DNA of 64,000 bases from Phoronis australis. Lineage: Eukaryota; Animalia; Phoronida. Each line of letters opens with the position of its first letter. Position 1 is the stretch's first letter. The stretch covers positions 329,206-393,205 of the forward strand of contig NMRA01000125.1 in assembly GCA_002633005.1 (NCBI GenBank), read 5' to 3'. Below, piece by piece: positions 1 to 15,300 of this stretch. The position numbers and the translations under genes are program-made. The notes beneath the pieces were generated by a model. That model was not told the origin of the DNA, did no database searches, and saw only the letters and a program-made list of their open reading frames with translations.

Positions 1-228
1 ACTCATTCCACTGCCTCATTCCCTGGTGAAACACTAGCATGCAGAAATATAGCTAGTGTTTTAATGTGTTGGTTTGTTATGTCTCTCGGTGTTTTGCTAC
101 ATAGCTGCACACCTGAAAAAAGGACATTGTTTCGTCACTACGAACGACTCTGTATCAAGCTTTCAAACAAAATGTTTAGTCGTGTTTTCAATGAAACGTG
201 CAGATAACTGTAAGCTGTAATCTTACAG

Positions 229-350
229 GGCAGGAAATTGGAAAGCTTTCTTTGCGTAAGGTATGGACGGAGGCAGCAGAGATTGCCATCAGGCAGGGTT
301 ACTACCAGCCTGCCCGGGAGATGTTAAATGAAGCCCTGTTGTCGGCAAAG
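229..350 (+). CDS. CFAP46: CFAP46-like exon (QEIGKLSLRKVWTEAAEIAIRQGYYQPAREMLNEALLSAK)
   Basis: ttacag acceptor, gtaact donor, open frame. Confidence 0.8.
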
Positions 351-3300
351 GTAACTAATTAAATGGCAGTTTGTTGTTGTGACTACTATGTAAAGTTAAA
401 CGTTTACATTAGGTATTTGGAAATCAAGACAATTATTTTACCTTGTACTTGGGTTAAATCTTGGAACTAAATTTAAAGATCACCATGATTTTGGGTTGAG
501 GCTATTTTCTGTTAACATTGTGACTCAGAGGAACTTGCTAAAAGACCATTGTGAGCTCTGGGTCACAGTTTTCATCATATAATAATTCACTCTCCAAACT
601 CTTCATTCCCCTCTCTAAGAAATATATCCTCATTGTTGCAATATTGTTGACATTTCATTTTGATTAAATGTGTTATTGTGTGCTCAATGTACATGTGTGT
701 GACTAATTTTTATTTTTGTCAATTGTTCAGGCGTTTGAAGACAAACCTTTGATTGCGGATATCCTCTACAACTTTGCTCAGTTGTCGTTCAGTGAAGCCC
801 AGTTTGGTCAGGCAGTCAACTTGTGCCAGGAAGCTCAAGTAAGTTAGATTAGAGTGTGGTTATATGACATGATGATACTTCTCCAGACTTGGAGAACAAC
901 AAATTATTTTCCATGCTTATCATGTGCAAGTCTTAATTAAAGTAATATTGTACCTATTATCGTAATGAGAAAAATGAAATTTTAGTGGAAACCATTATTG
1001 ACTTTGTGGTCTTAAGCATGCTTTGCACAAATACAACTAACTCCGAGTGAGCATTTGCACTTGTCCAGTAGAAAACGTCCAAAGAGTAGAAAATGGCATT
1101 TGTACTTACAAGATTTCTTTTCCAAGCTGTTGTGCATTAATTACTGTGTATTTATGATTGTAATTTTTTCTCACTAGGCAAGTCATAATGGTGATGAGAT
1201 GTTCTGGTACAAGACTACAGACTTGAGTATTGAAGCCATGCTGGCAGATCACAGCACCAGGGACAACTTGAAAACAGTAAATATCTACAGTCACTGAGTT
1301 TAACAATATGCAGACTGTAGAGTCGATGTTCAATTTTCATATCTTTTTGAGAATTAAAAGAAGGAACGTACAATAGAAGACAAAGTATGTTTTTCTGTCA
1401 TGGCAACTGAATCTGTTAACAGTATAAATGACTGGTTATAACAAGGCGGCAAAATTCTAATGAAAAGTGGCTTTAGAAAATCTTACTTAACATTCCTGTT
1501 ACTTCCTCTTCAATGTTGTTCTTGAGGGATGAGAACTATTAGGATGAATTTGACTTCCACCCAGCTGTCTTGACGGAACTGACTTCAGGGTCTGAATATT
1601 TTTGGCTTGTACTGTACTTTCCAACTAATGAGCGCGGTGTTTTGAAAATATTGTGCCCTGATTGAAAATAGTTTTGCTTAAGAGTTAAGACTAGCGTCAT
1701 GATTATACAATTTTTGTCGGCGGCAAATTGTGTCGTCATTGAATCAGCGCATACGATACAATTTTTCATCATAAGAATGTCTGTGCTGGCGGGCTTTAGA
1801 ATTTTTGCTGCACACTTTATAATGCACACTTTCAACTGTGCTAAGGATAGTTATGTGGTAGACAAAGATTGAAGTTTGATGCAACCCTGTCAAAGTTTAT
1901 TATTACTTAATTGTTTTGAATTTGTTTTGCTGAATACAAACTGCGTTAACATCATTGTTTAGGTATCCGAGTTGATAATCCACTGCCAAATTACGAATTA
2001 ACACAATTTTTTATGCACCAACATTATGTGATCGCATGTTGTTATTTTAAGAATGGTTTTATTGACTTGAAGAGATTTGAAGAAAAGTTCTATCTGTGTG
2101 TTTTTCATGTGCTTAGTCTTCTCCCAATAAGACTAATTTTACATTCCAATTGTTTAAAGTGCACTTGACGTAAAAACACACTAACTTCCTATTCAGGCTC
2201 GTGGAATGATTGTGGATGCACTGAACTCGTTTGGAGAGGTGGCTGATGAGAGACTGAACAAAATTAGTATCACTGGATTCATCATGGCTAAGTTGGAGGC
2301 CAAGTAAGTGATGGGACACAGCTTAGTAGTAGACATGAGACATCCACAAAGCAAACATGGCAATGGTCACATGCAGCAATGAGCCTTACTGCCATTTAGT
2401 GAGCATGGTGGCAAAAAATGTACTTTGTGGAAAATCTTAAAGAATAAAGTTCCTTATTTTTTCCATTTTACTTTTTCATGGAGTTGGAGGTTTCAAATGC
2501 AATTCACGTGGCCTGTTGAAGGATTTTTGGTTTTTAGTTACCAAAATACGGTTCATGAGCTCGATCAATGATCACTTTGCAGCTGACATTATTCATTTCT
2601 TTTCAAGGTGGCGCTGTGTTCTTTCTGATCTCCACTTGAGAAATATGGAGTGTTTTGAATTGAAAATGGTACTGCTGAATCTTTTTGAAATATGATATTC
2701 TTTTCATGATGTCATTTTTTTCAAGTGAAAGTAGAAGTACCTAGTACCTACAGAAACAGGTGTCAGCACAAGTCGCCTGTGCCATGTGACCATTGCTTGA
2801 TGAAAGCTGACTGTGCAAAACAATTATTGTTAATAGGTGGCACTGCTATTTACTGTGTCTCTGTGTAGAACATAGCAGGTCCTTGAATAGCAATTCTTTG
2901 TAATGACAGTTTGTGAAATAACAATGTTTCAGTGTTCAATGAATCAGTCACACAATTTATTTTCTAACTCAAATTCACCTCACCAAAACACTTGTCTGCT
3001 GTTTCATAAATTAATTGGTGCATTGTTTTCCCTTTTTTGTCTGTGATTATAAGAAAACAATTTTGTGGCTTATAGTACTTGTAATAACTTTCTATGGCTT
3101 CTGATTTATAACTATTTCTTTCAGACTGGGCTCTGTTCAAGCCAAGATAACATTCACAACTCAGAAAAACATCATTCGACCAAAAGTCATCCGTGCACTC
3201 AAGTCGGCTTGTGACGTACGTTCTGTCTTATGTTACTTCATTAAGTCATTTTCAACATATTTTTGTCTTGTTCTGAGTTTACTGTTGTCCCATACACTGT

Positions 3301-6300
3301 ACTACTAGCTCTATACTCAAAGTTTTTACAACTTTGCAAACGTGAGTCCAGAAAGGGAAAAATCCAAAAAATCAATGTGTTGTGGGTTCAGATGTTACGC
3401 GTGACCTTTCATTTCTGGTTTTACTGCAATTATCAGTGCTCCATCTAGTAACACCTAATATGGCTTGCAGTCACAGAATTGAGTCTGTTTTCAGACACAA
3501 TGTTCCGCGACATAAAGTAGTTTGTCAACTGCTATTTGATTCGTTGGCTTCAGCAGAAATAATTTAAATTTTTTGTAAGCTCAGAAATCCCTTCCATACT
3601 CAGAGTAAAAAACATGATGTCAAGGCCAGTTTTGTTATTTAAAAGTAAATAGTCTTAATTCAAAAATTTATTATAAAAGTTATATGTCTAATAGAAAATG
3701 GACAAAGGTGAGTGTAGTACCGCATAAATGAAAACTGTTTAAATTGACTTTCTCCCTCAACTGTACATAATTCATGTAGAGCAACACTTAAAAAAGATGT
3801 GCTAGCACAACCATTGAATTCGTTTTTGTTAAGTAAATAAGCATGACCAGAGCAGCTTTCCGTAAATGTGAGATTCTCTGAAAACGCAAGAACATACACG
3901 ACTTTGTGAGATATTGCCATTTATCCCATATATGTGAAAATACGGTTTTGTATATGTCACATTATTTAGTGTGAAAAACAGAAAAGTAGACCCAATCCGT
4001 ATACAACAATAGAGGCCTTATGCAATGGTAGTATTTTATGGTGTATCTGCAGTCTCCTGGTGGAGTAAATTCACGAGTATGATGCCAAATTTGATTGGTC
4101 TCGTTCATTTGGGTTACCTTAAATCTTGATCCAAATGATTGTTGCTGAAAAAGCTGTTTGGTCGCGTTGCGACATTCCCAGATGAAGTGAATTTGTGATA
4201 ATATATGGCAGTAGTATTCATATTTTTGTGGGATAACCTAATGTATTAGCAAGTGGATGACCATGCTAGCATCTACAACAGTCAGCTTGGCTCTACATTT
4301 CTATGTTTCTGTTATTGACAATGATTGGTATCCACATTCCTTTCAGAAACTGGACCACGCCTCTGAGCTGTTGAAGGACCTGAAGTACTATAGGGACTAC
4401 TTGTTCGTGAAGAAAGAGCAGGCGGCCATATTGACCCAGATAGCCAAACAGATGGACGTGAGAGATGAAAAACACGCCCACTTCATGATGGTCTGCATTC
4501 GTTACTTGTTTGGAAAATTCTTACAGTAGATTCGTGTTCTTATCTTTCCAAGACATTTGTTTCGTCTTTTATTTAACTCCACATTAGTCAAGATTGATCT
4601 TTTTAAACTGGCCTCATCATGGTCATGATAAACTGGCCTCATCATGGTCATGATAAACTATTTGTTAATGTTGCATTTCTTAATGTAAGTCTTGTCTTGC
4701 AGTCATGACCATTATTTGTCTATTGAATCTATTGTTGTAGGCCTTAGAAATTCTGGATGAAGCCACCAGTGTAGCAGAAAAGACTACCTACTGCATTCAA
4801 ACTTTGACATCTATTCAGCAGGTCTGTATGAAGGATACTTCTACATTTTATTTTCAGTTTTCGTTCTACATTTCGAATAATCAGAACCAAAATCCAAGGC
4901 AGATTTTTTAGTTTGAAAAGAAGCTGATCTTAGACATTTTTTCTGTTTCATTGCATTTCATCCTCTTTTCATTATTTATTATAAAAATAGCTAATTTTCA
5001 TTGCTATGCATGTTTTCTATGCTTTATTGATAAAATGGATGATGCATTACGATTTAGCTTTTTACACGTTTGTAAGAAGCATACTAGATTACTGATGGAT
5101 TTTGCATGAAGCATTTATTCCCTCTTTTCTCTTCCAGTCACGTAACATTTCCCTGCCTGTCCAAAGAGAGGCTGCTGAGCTTGAGTTGACTCGTGCTGAC
5201 CTCATGAATGACATCTTGCAAACTTGGATGGAGGAAGAAAGACAAGAGCAGTTAGAGAATCGCCGGAAAGGATCCATTCAGAAGGTTAGAAAAAAGGCCT
5301 TTCCCACTGGCTTAAGTATCCTCAGTGTTACTGGAGTTTCGATCAATACTAACGCTTAACTTCGGTTTTGGAATAAAGAGGTGGATTTAACAGCGAAGTG
5401 TCAACACTCCACTACAATGGGAATGCTTAATTTTGAAATGGTCGCTGCATTTACCAACAGCATCACTCAGGTCCATATTTTTAACATTTTGTTTCAATAT
5501 TTATTAAATTGGCAGTAGAAGCATTTTGTTTCAAAAAATCAACATCATACAATGCAAATGGTGACAGTCATATTAGTGCCACCTTGCAATAACTTTGCTG
5601 AATAGTTTTCTGAATAACTCTGAAGTGGATGGGAATGGTAACACTTAACAGTTAACATCAAAGCTTCGATAGTAGAGTTAACTGTTACGGAAAAAGGCCT
5701 TAAGAGATGGATATGAACTGGACATGCCATAATTTACAGATTTGCAAATTTGTTTATTCCATCAAGAGAGCAAAAAGTGAAAAACAGTGTCTTGGATTTG
5801 TTAGGCAAAGGGCCATCAGCTTAATATTAATAAGTTTGAAATCACATGACATTCGCCAAATATAGACTTGTGGTTTGCTGGGTACTTTAACTGTCTCTAG
5901 TAGGTGAGCTGGTTACTCAAGATAGTTTATCGCAGTGAAATTGCATAGTGTTTTTTAATGGATAGTGAAGAAATGGTTGATAAATAATATGGTTATGCTA
6001 CTTAATTAGAAATATTCAAAAACAGAACTTAAAGTATTAAAGGGACAGTAACCTCACATTCAGTGCAAAATCAAACGACAACTTACTGTAATGTTATCTT
6101 CTTCCTTTTTGGAGAGTAAATAGAATTATCTGGAATAACTGAGTAGTTGTTATTGCCTCAGACCATGTCTATTAAATTGTTGGGTTAGCCGCAAAGTACG
6201 TATCATGGCCACCAGGGGATTTCCTGACAGTTTGTTGTAACAAGCAGAGGATAAGAAGGGGATGACACTGCTTTGGAAGAGTGCAAACGCTAGGACGTGG

Positions 6301-9300
6301 TTTATAGTGGCTCTTAGTGTATTATTATGGTTCCCCTTGAGTGTTTTATTTTTAATGTCTATTATCTAAAACTGTGTGCTTACTTGTGTATGGATATACG
6401 TAATACACTTGTGTCTACTAGGGTGTATACCAAGTTACATGATAAAAATGAATGACTTTGTGCTTGATATTTTACAGACTCTTCAGGAAATTACCGAGGA
6501 CATGCCAGAGTACAGTGACGTGGAGAAAAAGTGGATGGCGACAACGGAGTATGTAGCTTTAAAAACTGTCCTGAAATTGATAGCTCTATCTACTGCGTAA
6601 GGTTGTGGTGTGAGGCCGGATGGCCTTTTATGGAAACCAGAGAAAGAATAATTGTTGAATTTGAAAAACTTTGGTATACCATTGAGTAAAAATAGCTGAA
6701 CCTAGTGTGTTGATAATTGTTGTTACTGTTGGTATCAATATTATTTTTCCTTTTTGCTGAGATATGTATTATAGGAGCTGTGAACTTTAATTTCAATTTT
6801 TGACTATCAGTATGTTATAAGTGTTTGCGTAAAAGTAAACATTTGATTATGATATATTTTATTTAAAAGTAATTTTTTTAAGCACACTTGTCAACAAAAA
6901 CATTTCATTTAATGTCAAGATGTTTTGCCGTTGGTAATATATTTACATCTTTTGAAATCTTTTTTGCTACTGCTATCATCATAAGATTTATATATATGAG
7001 AGGACACTATCCAACTGATGCTGACTATACCTTTAAGTGAGTTTGAAGGGTTCTAAACCCGCTGTGAGGATTTTGGCCAGCGTTGACATAGTAGCCATTA
7101 TAATCATGCCTAGCTTTAGGTGATAAAAACTACAGACTCTTCATCTTCAATTTTTTTTCTAGAGGCTTCTCGTGCACTTGTTCGTGTAGATGGCTGCAAG
7201 AATTCAAGAATTTCGTACGGTCCAAAACTTTTATTCGCAAACTTTGAATAGATTCAACAAACTTCAAAACTTTTGGGGACAGAAGGTGCTCATGGACTGT
7301 TGTTCAGTTCTAGAGAATTAAATGATAGTCAATATCCTCTACTAAGTTGAAACCTGGTGTAGTGCCTCTTTAAGATAATTTGAACCATGTTTACAGTGAA
7401 TCCATTTTGTTTCAGACTAATTGCAGATCAAGCATTGAGTACAATGACAAAGACACATAGTATGGTTCTTGCCTTGCCACATCTTAAAGCCAGGGTAATT
7501 ACATTATTATTAGGGATGGCCTAGGTCCTCTTTAATGTAACAGGTTGTAGAACAGCTTAATATTTTAGGTGAAATAGTCCTTTTGAGATTCTTTAGTTTT
7601 GTATTGATTGACAAGACATTCATGAAACAGTTGTTGTAAGAAGTCTTAGCTTTGGAAACTGTGACTTTTCAAACATTTTCATACTATAAGTTATCATTCC
7701 GTTTTGCTGACCAATCACTTCAGTGACGACCATTTTGTTAGTGCATGCCAGAAAGGTCTCAAGCTTACACACAAAGAGCTGGGCTTTCACTAGCATGACT
7801 TTCTAGTTTAGTTTCTTTTGATACGATGCAATATATTTTGGAGCCTGTTGACAAGGGTTACAATTTTTGATATTTTTTATTTTATTAAGATTTTATACTA
7901 ATTCTCTATCTCCTTTATGGTAAATAACTACCACACAATAGTTTTTAAAATCCGATGACTATTTTAAACAGAGCGATAATTGTCTTAATTGAATTAATTT
8001 TCAGAGCCTCTTTAACATGGGCCGGTGTCTCAGACTTTTGTCTACTAAGTCGGATCCTGATCCACCAAGTCTGTGGAACGTGGATGACATGGTAAGATTT
8101 AGTGCATGCCTGATCTGGTAAATGGACCACAATCTTGAGGTCAAGCTACAGAGTTCATTCCATACACATGAAAGCATGACATTACTTTACTGGATAGACC
8201 CAAGTTCAGGTTGCTGCCACACTTAGTTTGACATAGTTATATTTACTGGTTCAGTGCAGACCAAGTGCTACGAGATCAGCTGTGTGATTAAACAGGACGG
8301 TATGAACGAATGGAGGAACTGCCAGACAGTTTTAATATTCAATTGTCATTTTTTTACCCTTTGATATGAATTATATGCTCAGCTAACTTTCAGTCAAGGC
8401 AGCTAGCTGAGTTCATGTAACTCTTTGTCTGCGTACTATTAGTTCACATTTTTGATGTGTAGTACATTAATTAAGCAACTACTTTTGAACCACACTGTCG
8501 CTCACCCTGTCATAGGTGATGCTGATATCTTAGATTTTTATTGGCACAGTACAGTGTGTGTGGTTCAGAAAGATGGTCAGCAATTATTGTACATATTATG
8601 GACCATGATCAAATTCATATTAATTGCAGTGCTTTTGTTGTTAGTGAAAAACCTACTGCCAGCGTCTTGTTCACAGTCTCGTGTCTGTGATCATCGTACA
8701 CACAGCTGGGTGTGTGGTCTTTGATTATAGCCAAGTTTTCTCCTGAGACCAAAAAGTCCCTTTGAGCTCCTCACATTTCTCATTGCTACATTGTGTATTG
8801 GTCCTTCGTTTACTGTGCAAAACCGTAGAGTTCACGCTCTATACCATCTCAGTTATTTGTAAGTTGCCAGTAACGTATTCTGCTCATTATTACTTTGAAT
8901 TTCCCCTCAACACAACCAACATCATTTTTTCACTTTAAGAAAAAATTGCCACTGCAAAAAGTCTCACGTGGTAATAACTTGCGAAATCTTCCTGTTCCTT
9001 CTTTTGATTGATCGTTTCATAAATTGGTGAAATCAGAAAAGGGAATCAGACTTTTACTCAATGAAAGTTCTTGATAATCTATGCATACCGTGAACAATAT
9101 TTCTGATGCCTTTTCCCCCAACTTGGAACAGCAATAGTTTGCTATATTATGAAGAATCAATGGAATTCCAATAAATCTCATTAGAAAGAATCTTGCTAAA
9201 ACCTACCAGATTTTACTTACTAAAATCCTATGAGTGTTTATCTGAAGACTTACACCTCAGGAATTAGCTCCATTCAATGTTTTTATTAGGCTATAATTAA

Positions 9301-12300
9301 ACTGGAAGAGTCCATTATTCAAGAGGAGGTAGGTGAAGGCGAGCAAGCCGAGGAAGAGCATTACCCAGACACGACGTCCAGACATTACCAGAGACAGTGC
9401 AAGACAATAGCCAAGGCAAAGGTAGGTGTTGTTGTGCCAGAGAGATGGAGAAATCAATATTTTGTTAAAAAAGCACCTTTAGTTACTATAGACACAGTTG
9501 TGTAGCTTTTGAGAAAAAAAGAAATTTTCTAAGCAGTGATGCCTGCAGGTGTTTTTATGGCCTTCACACAGTGAGGTGCAGTAAGGTGCAGGGTTCAACG
9601 TGAGTTGAGTATAGACTAGAACCATGATGCTATTATTTTGGCCTGATAATAGAATTTCCTTTCAATGAGCAGTTCACTACAAAAACAGTGATTGACTCCT
9701 ATCCACATTCACAATCATGTACACTGTCATGTACATGTGGATATACCTGGCACGTTGCCATTTTTTTCTGTGCCCCAAAATGAAGTTCCAAGAGACTGTT
9801 TGTATGTTGTAGTCTCAGTTTCAATCTCTTTCCATTTCCCTGCTAGGTTGACCGCGACACGGCAGTGCACTACCTGTCTCAAGCCAATGAGTGCCTTGTG
9901 CAGGCCATTAACCTCTCCTTGACCCATGGCTTTCTGGAGATTGCCAGCAGGGCTTGTCAGGAGGTTCTGGAGTGTTGTGGACAGTATGACCCTGGAATGT
10001 GCAGTCAGTACATGGCCCTGTACCAGGTAAGTTTTGAATAGGCTCGTAGTCAGGGACTGGAGGGGGGGGTGTTGTTGCAAGGCAAACTTACGCAGTATCA
10101 TGAAAGTGATGGCTTTGGTGGGATATTGACCCACGCGAGAAAACACGGATGTGTAAGCAGCCCAGAATACTTGTTATTGCAGTATCTTGCACCTAATTGT
10201 ATGCACCCCCAAGTAGTACATGAAAAATCTCAGGAAAATGTAACATGAATGGTCAGGAAAATTTGGTGTGTTAAATGGCAATTTTTTTCACTGGATATGG
10301 AATCCTGTCTTTGCAAAGCCTTGAATACCATGAGTTTTCATCGTAACAAATTTTTCAGTCTCCTGGTGATTGTTGTGAAATATTCCAATAATTGTAAAAT
10401 CTGCATTATATTACTACTGTGTTGAGATGTTGACACTGTCGTGAAATGATGGGGCACTCTGGTGTTTCATTTTGCACACAGTTCATTTATGATTGGTGGA
10501 AACGGTTGACTAGTCTGAACACTATCCACTTCTCAACAGTTACAAAGTTTTTGATCCTCTATATAACACGGCGCCGTGTTTGCAATAATATGCTGATGGT
10601 TGTGTGAACTAAGGCCAGATTTTCGTCCTTTGATTAAAAGGCACCATGAATGGTATTGCTTGTACCTTAAATTAAGTTGGGTCTGCCTTACAGAGTTGCC
10701 TATCTGGTCAGTACCTGCAAAATTTGCTGGAACGCTCGCAAGGAGACGCCGCTACCTCTCAGCTTGCAGCCTTGATCCACCAACGAGGTATCTTCATGAG
10801 CACCAACGTCACCACAAATCTGCTCTCGGGGACTGTTTACAAGACAATCGCCAGTAAACTAGAAAATGACTGGCAGGTATGGACATGGATACATAGTGAA
10901 TTAATAAACATCATTCCTTTCTTGTTTCTGTCTCTGTGGTGCTGACGACTACTAGGCATGTGTGGTGATTTTCAGTCAAGTAACCACTATTTCGTGTTGT
11001 TCATTCTTCAGTTTGATTTTTACTAATAGTACCTTAGTCTTATTTGTCATCTCTTTATTTTTTATGTGCATGTTAGTCTCTTTCTATCAACGTATCATAT
11101 TTTTAAATCAATCTCAGTCATTATGATTTGGGGCCTTGATCTCGGTGGAAGTCAGTTTTATGTTACACATGATATAAAAATAACTATACTGCCTGCACCT
11201 ACCGTCCGTACGATATTATGTTATTTTATTTATGTTGTTACAATGCCACAGGCTTGGAAGAAAATCAGCGTCAGTCCAAATCACTTGGAGCTGCTGAAGG
11301 AGTTTCCAACCAACTTTAACCTGGTCATCCTTCAACACTCCCCGGACAAGGAGTATCTGTACGGAGCCATTCTTGACAAACCCAAGCCCCAGGCAGCTGC
11401 AGCGGGCAAGAACAAGGGACTCAACGCCACAAGTAGGTGTCTATTGTTACCTGATGTAGTTATTATGGGTGAAATAATATATCACTTCATTACAGCTAAT
11501 ACATTGCTCTGCCTGTAACATGATATTCAGGCCACTATCGTCATTACAGGGATGAGGATGTGTGCCTCCTCTTGTCACATCACTTAACCACCCCAGTCTG
11601 TACCCTTGCTATGTTAACATCAGTTACCTATAATCCGAATCTCTTTTTTTCACATTGAGAAGCACTGTTCTTTGTAGTCCTGTCTTAACTGAACTAATGC
11701 CAACCTTACTTCTCATTCAGTGTACACTAACTACCTAGTAGATGAAGTGTTAGTTTTCAAAGTATTTAATTCTGTCTTACCTAAACTAATGTCAACTGTA
11801 TTTCACATTCGGTGTACACTAAGTGCTTAACAAGTGAAATGTTTTTTCAATGTGATTAGTCCTGTCTTAACTAAACTAATGCCAACCTTATTTCAAAGTG
11901 CGTGCATTCCTTGCCCGGTTTTGGGGCAAATATTTTAAGCTGTTTCCTGGTAAGACTGACTGAATGCGTGTTGAGTGACTTATTTTTTTATTTTCCATTT
12001 TGATTTATCTGGTTATGTGTGGTTGTTCTGCCAATGTCCTGACATTTTGATGTTCCGTTTTGTCAAATTGTGAAAGTTCTTATCTCCATCACAGGAGAGT
12101 GAGCCCTTCCAATGACAAAGCACTTATGGATGATTTTCAAGTGTGTTTAATGAACAATCTGACAAACTTTTTCTGATATGTCCTTCAACAAAACTCAGAT
12201 AAAATGGCTTTTTATCTGTGTGTTCTTCACTGTTGTAGCTAATCATTGGTGGATTTAGGGTGTGACTGTGCTCTTATGGGCTGATGACAAAACCAAATAG

Positions 12301-15300
12301 TACAAAACGACACTGACATAAATTTTGGCATCTACGATGTTGTGGCTAATCACGGGGTGTTCTTTAGTGTGTGTGTATGTGTTGGGGAGGGGCAGATATC
12401 ACAAAATGAAATAACTTGGTCCCCTCATGATAACCTAGATAAGCCACTGCTAATTCACATGACATATGACCTGCCGTTGACTTGAGAATTAACGACTTAC
12501 TTCATGACTGCATGTTTATTCACATTAAAGATGAACCTGAAGCAAAATTTATCTTTTATGCTTTCAGCCTAAAAAGCCCTCAACGATATGAAATGGCCAA
12601 GCTTTGGTAGGCTTGGCTTAATCCTAATGGCTTTGCAAATAATCTTTTACATAGTACTGAGACACTGAATGTTACAGTAGGGAATGGAAACTGCCTTCTG
12701 TCATGATGTAGAAGTTTTTTTGACTTGTTTATGTCTGAATGACATGTTATACATATTGCATTGTATGCAGTGAGCATGCACAAAAATCTTTGTGGAAATT
12801 GATGTTTTCCACAATGTGGAATCAAAGTTGAACTGAAGTCTCTTGAAGAACGTGTAATTTGTTAGCAAAAAGTATGAATTTTGGTTTATGACATTGTCTG
12901 TTGCCCATTATTTGCATGTTTTCAGAGTACTCTATGGCCCAGAACCCTAAGTGTACTCAAAGTATGTAACACTCTTTATAACTGAATCATTTCGTCAGTG
13001 AATACTAACTTATTAATAATTTGGTCCCATTCAGGACTCCGCTATTCAGAGTTCATGGGGGTAATAAAACAATTGTCTTCTCAGCCAGGACCATAAACCC
13101 TTTTTAAACTGTGTGTAGTTGCACTGTGCAACTGGAACAGTAAGACCAGGGCTCACAAAGAACTGCTTTCACTGACCTTGCATGTCAATTTCAAAAGACC
13201 TGTTGTGTAAACGACTCACATGGTTTACAACCATCCACAAAACACTTACGTACACTTTGGGGACAAGTTACTCTCTCCAAGCCCAAAACGGCGGCACTGC
13301 AGATTAATGGTTTGTGCTTTTGTTAGATAAATTTTCTTCGGCATGGTATGGTTACTCGCGTTTGCTATTTTGTAAAAGTTTAATACTAAATAGCATACAA
13401 ATTCATTTGAAAAATGATAAATAGCAAACATTTAGTACACGTCAGTAGGATACCATCAGTCCTGTTTTAGCCTATGAATATTACTGATATCATCAGTCAT
13501 TTTAGAAATTGTTGTACTGTAAGCTCCACAACTTTGTACAAAGAATCTGCTAAATCACCTAGGATGATTGGCAGTTGGGGAGTTAATTGACAATTGTGGT
13601 TCAGGTTACCACAATCCACAGAATGTATCTGCATATTAATATGAAAACGTTTTACCTGAATAATGGATTCAATGTCCTTGAGAGATATTAATTCCCACAT
13701 CCTGGATTTATCTAGTACTCTATATGGAGCGTTTTGTCTGACTGACCTAGTTTTTGAAGGGTGGGACCACAAATCTATTTTCTGTATTGAGTGGGACAAG
13801 TGAAGAATAATTTATTTCTCCTCCCTTGGATTTTTTTCAAGTTTTATGCACTCTGTATTGCAACTCGCTGTGCGGCAATATATTTTACTTGCACTAGAAT
13901 TACAACAAAATTAAAGCTGCAAACTTTGAATGTAAAATCATATTAATTAGCATGGTTAGCAGTGTACAACTACAGCCCAAGTGCTGTGCTGATGTGCAGC
14001 AAGGTGGGTACATACCACAGAATCTGAGAGGGCGCTGTCGTAATTTGGGAGTAATGTGCAATAGGAGATGACAGAACCAGTTTTCTGGTAAATTGCCAAT
14101 ACTGGGTTCAATACCTAAATTTCGTGATTATCCACTCTGCAGTGGAGTTAATGCTATGAAATTTAGTTGTGCAGCAGTTTTTTGTTGTTATTTGAGACAG
14201 CTTGATTATACTGTGATTACTTGTGGTTCATGGTTGTGTTTATTTATTTTTTGAAATTCGTTTTTATTTGTGAATCTGTCATTTGATTTGAAGTGTTTTG
14301 TATCTTTCTTGCGGCAATGCGATTTGGTAACTATGCGTGCGTTCAGTTTCTAAATTGCTGTCATGGTAAACTATGAATTAGTTTAGACACTGGATTTAAC
14401 GTATGGTTTTCGTGTCAATTACATGCAGCAATTCTCATTACATTTTATTTGTTATTGTATTATTCAGACTTGCAGCTAAGTTCAGCAACATCTAATGTAT
14501 TGTAGTTACAGATGAAATCTTACAGCAGTGACAGCAATGCAAATTTCTCATTTCAATCTGTACAATGTAAATTAATTTATTTTGCAATTCTTCAAATGTT
14601 TTAAAACACCAATTGATAAGCCATGAAAACTTGAATGCTCTGTGACAATGCCCATCCATTGTTGTTTTTATGTGACCATATTTTCCTTAAAAATCACCAC
14701 ACGGTTATGAAAATTAATTGACTTGAGGATTACTACAACTTCCACAAACTTGATAGATTTCACGTGTATTAATTTGAAAAGAGAGTATCATTAATTTATA
14801 ATTACTATGACTGTAAACTCGGATATCAAAAATAAAAACTTTAACTTTCACCTTTAAGCTGTGAAGTCTTTGTTGACTGAAAATTTTGGCAACATTATTT
14901 TTGTCTTAAATTGAAAAACTTACCAACTTTTATGCAACTTTAATTTATGGGTTGACTATTATGGCTTAATATACAAATCTTGGTGTTTAGCAGAAATGTG
15001 TGACATCCCGTATTTTTGCAGGTTTATCCAAGGCAAAAGTTGTGCGTATCAAGACCGATGCCAGAACCATCGACAGTCTCACGGAACGGTTTGGCCAGCA
15101 CAAGAAAGATGTGATGCTGTTTCTACTGAAACAAGAATATCAACGAACACAGGTGGCGCTGAGAGAGAAGATGTTGGCAAATCTGGACCAAGAAATGAAG
15201 GAAGAAAGACCTGAGGTTGGTGATGCAGTAATATCTTAGCTGTTTTGGACAAAAATAATTATTAAGTGTAATATGTAATCTGTGCCGTTGTATTCTAATA

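Noticed and set aside
4605-4659. 25-bp tandem duplication in an intron
   Set aside because: Ordinary slippage duplication with no evident function
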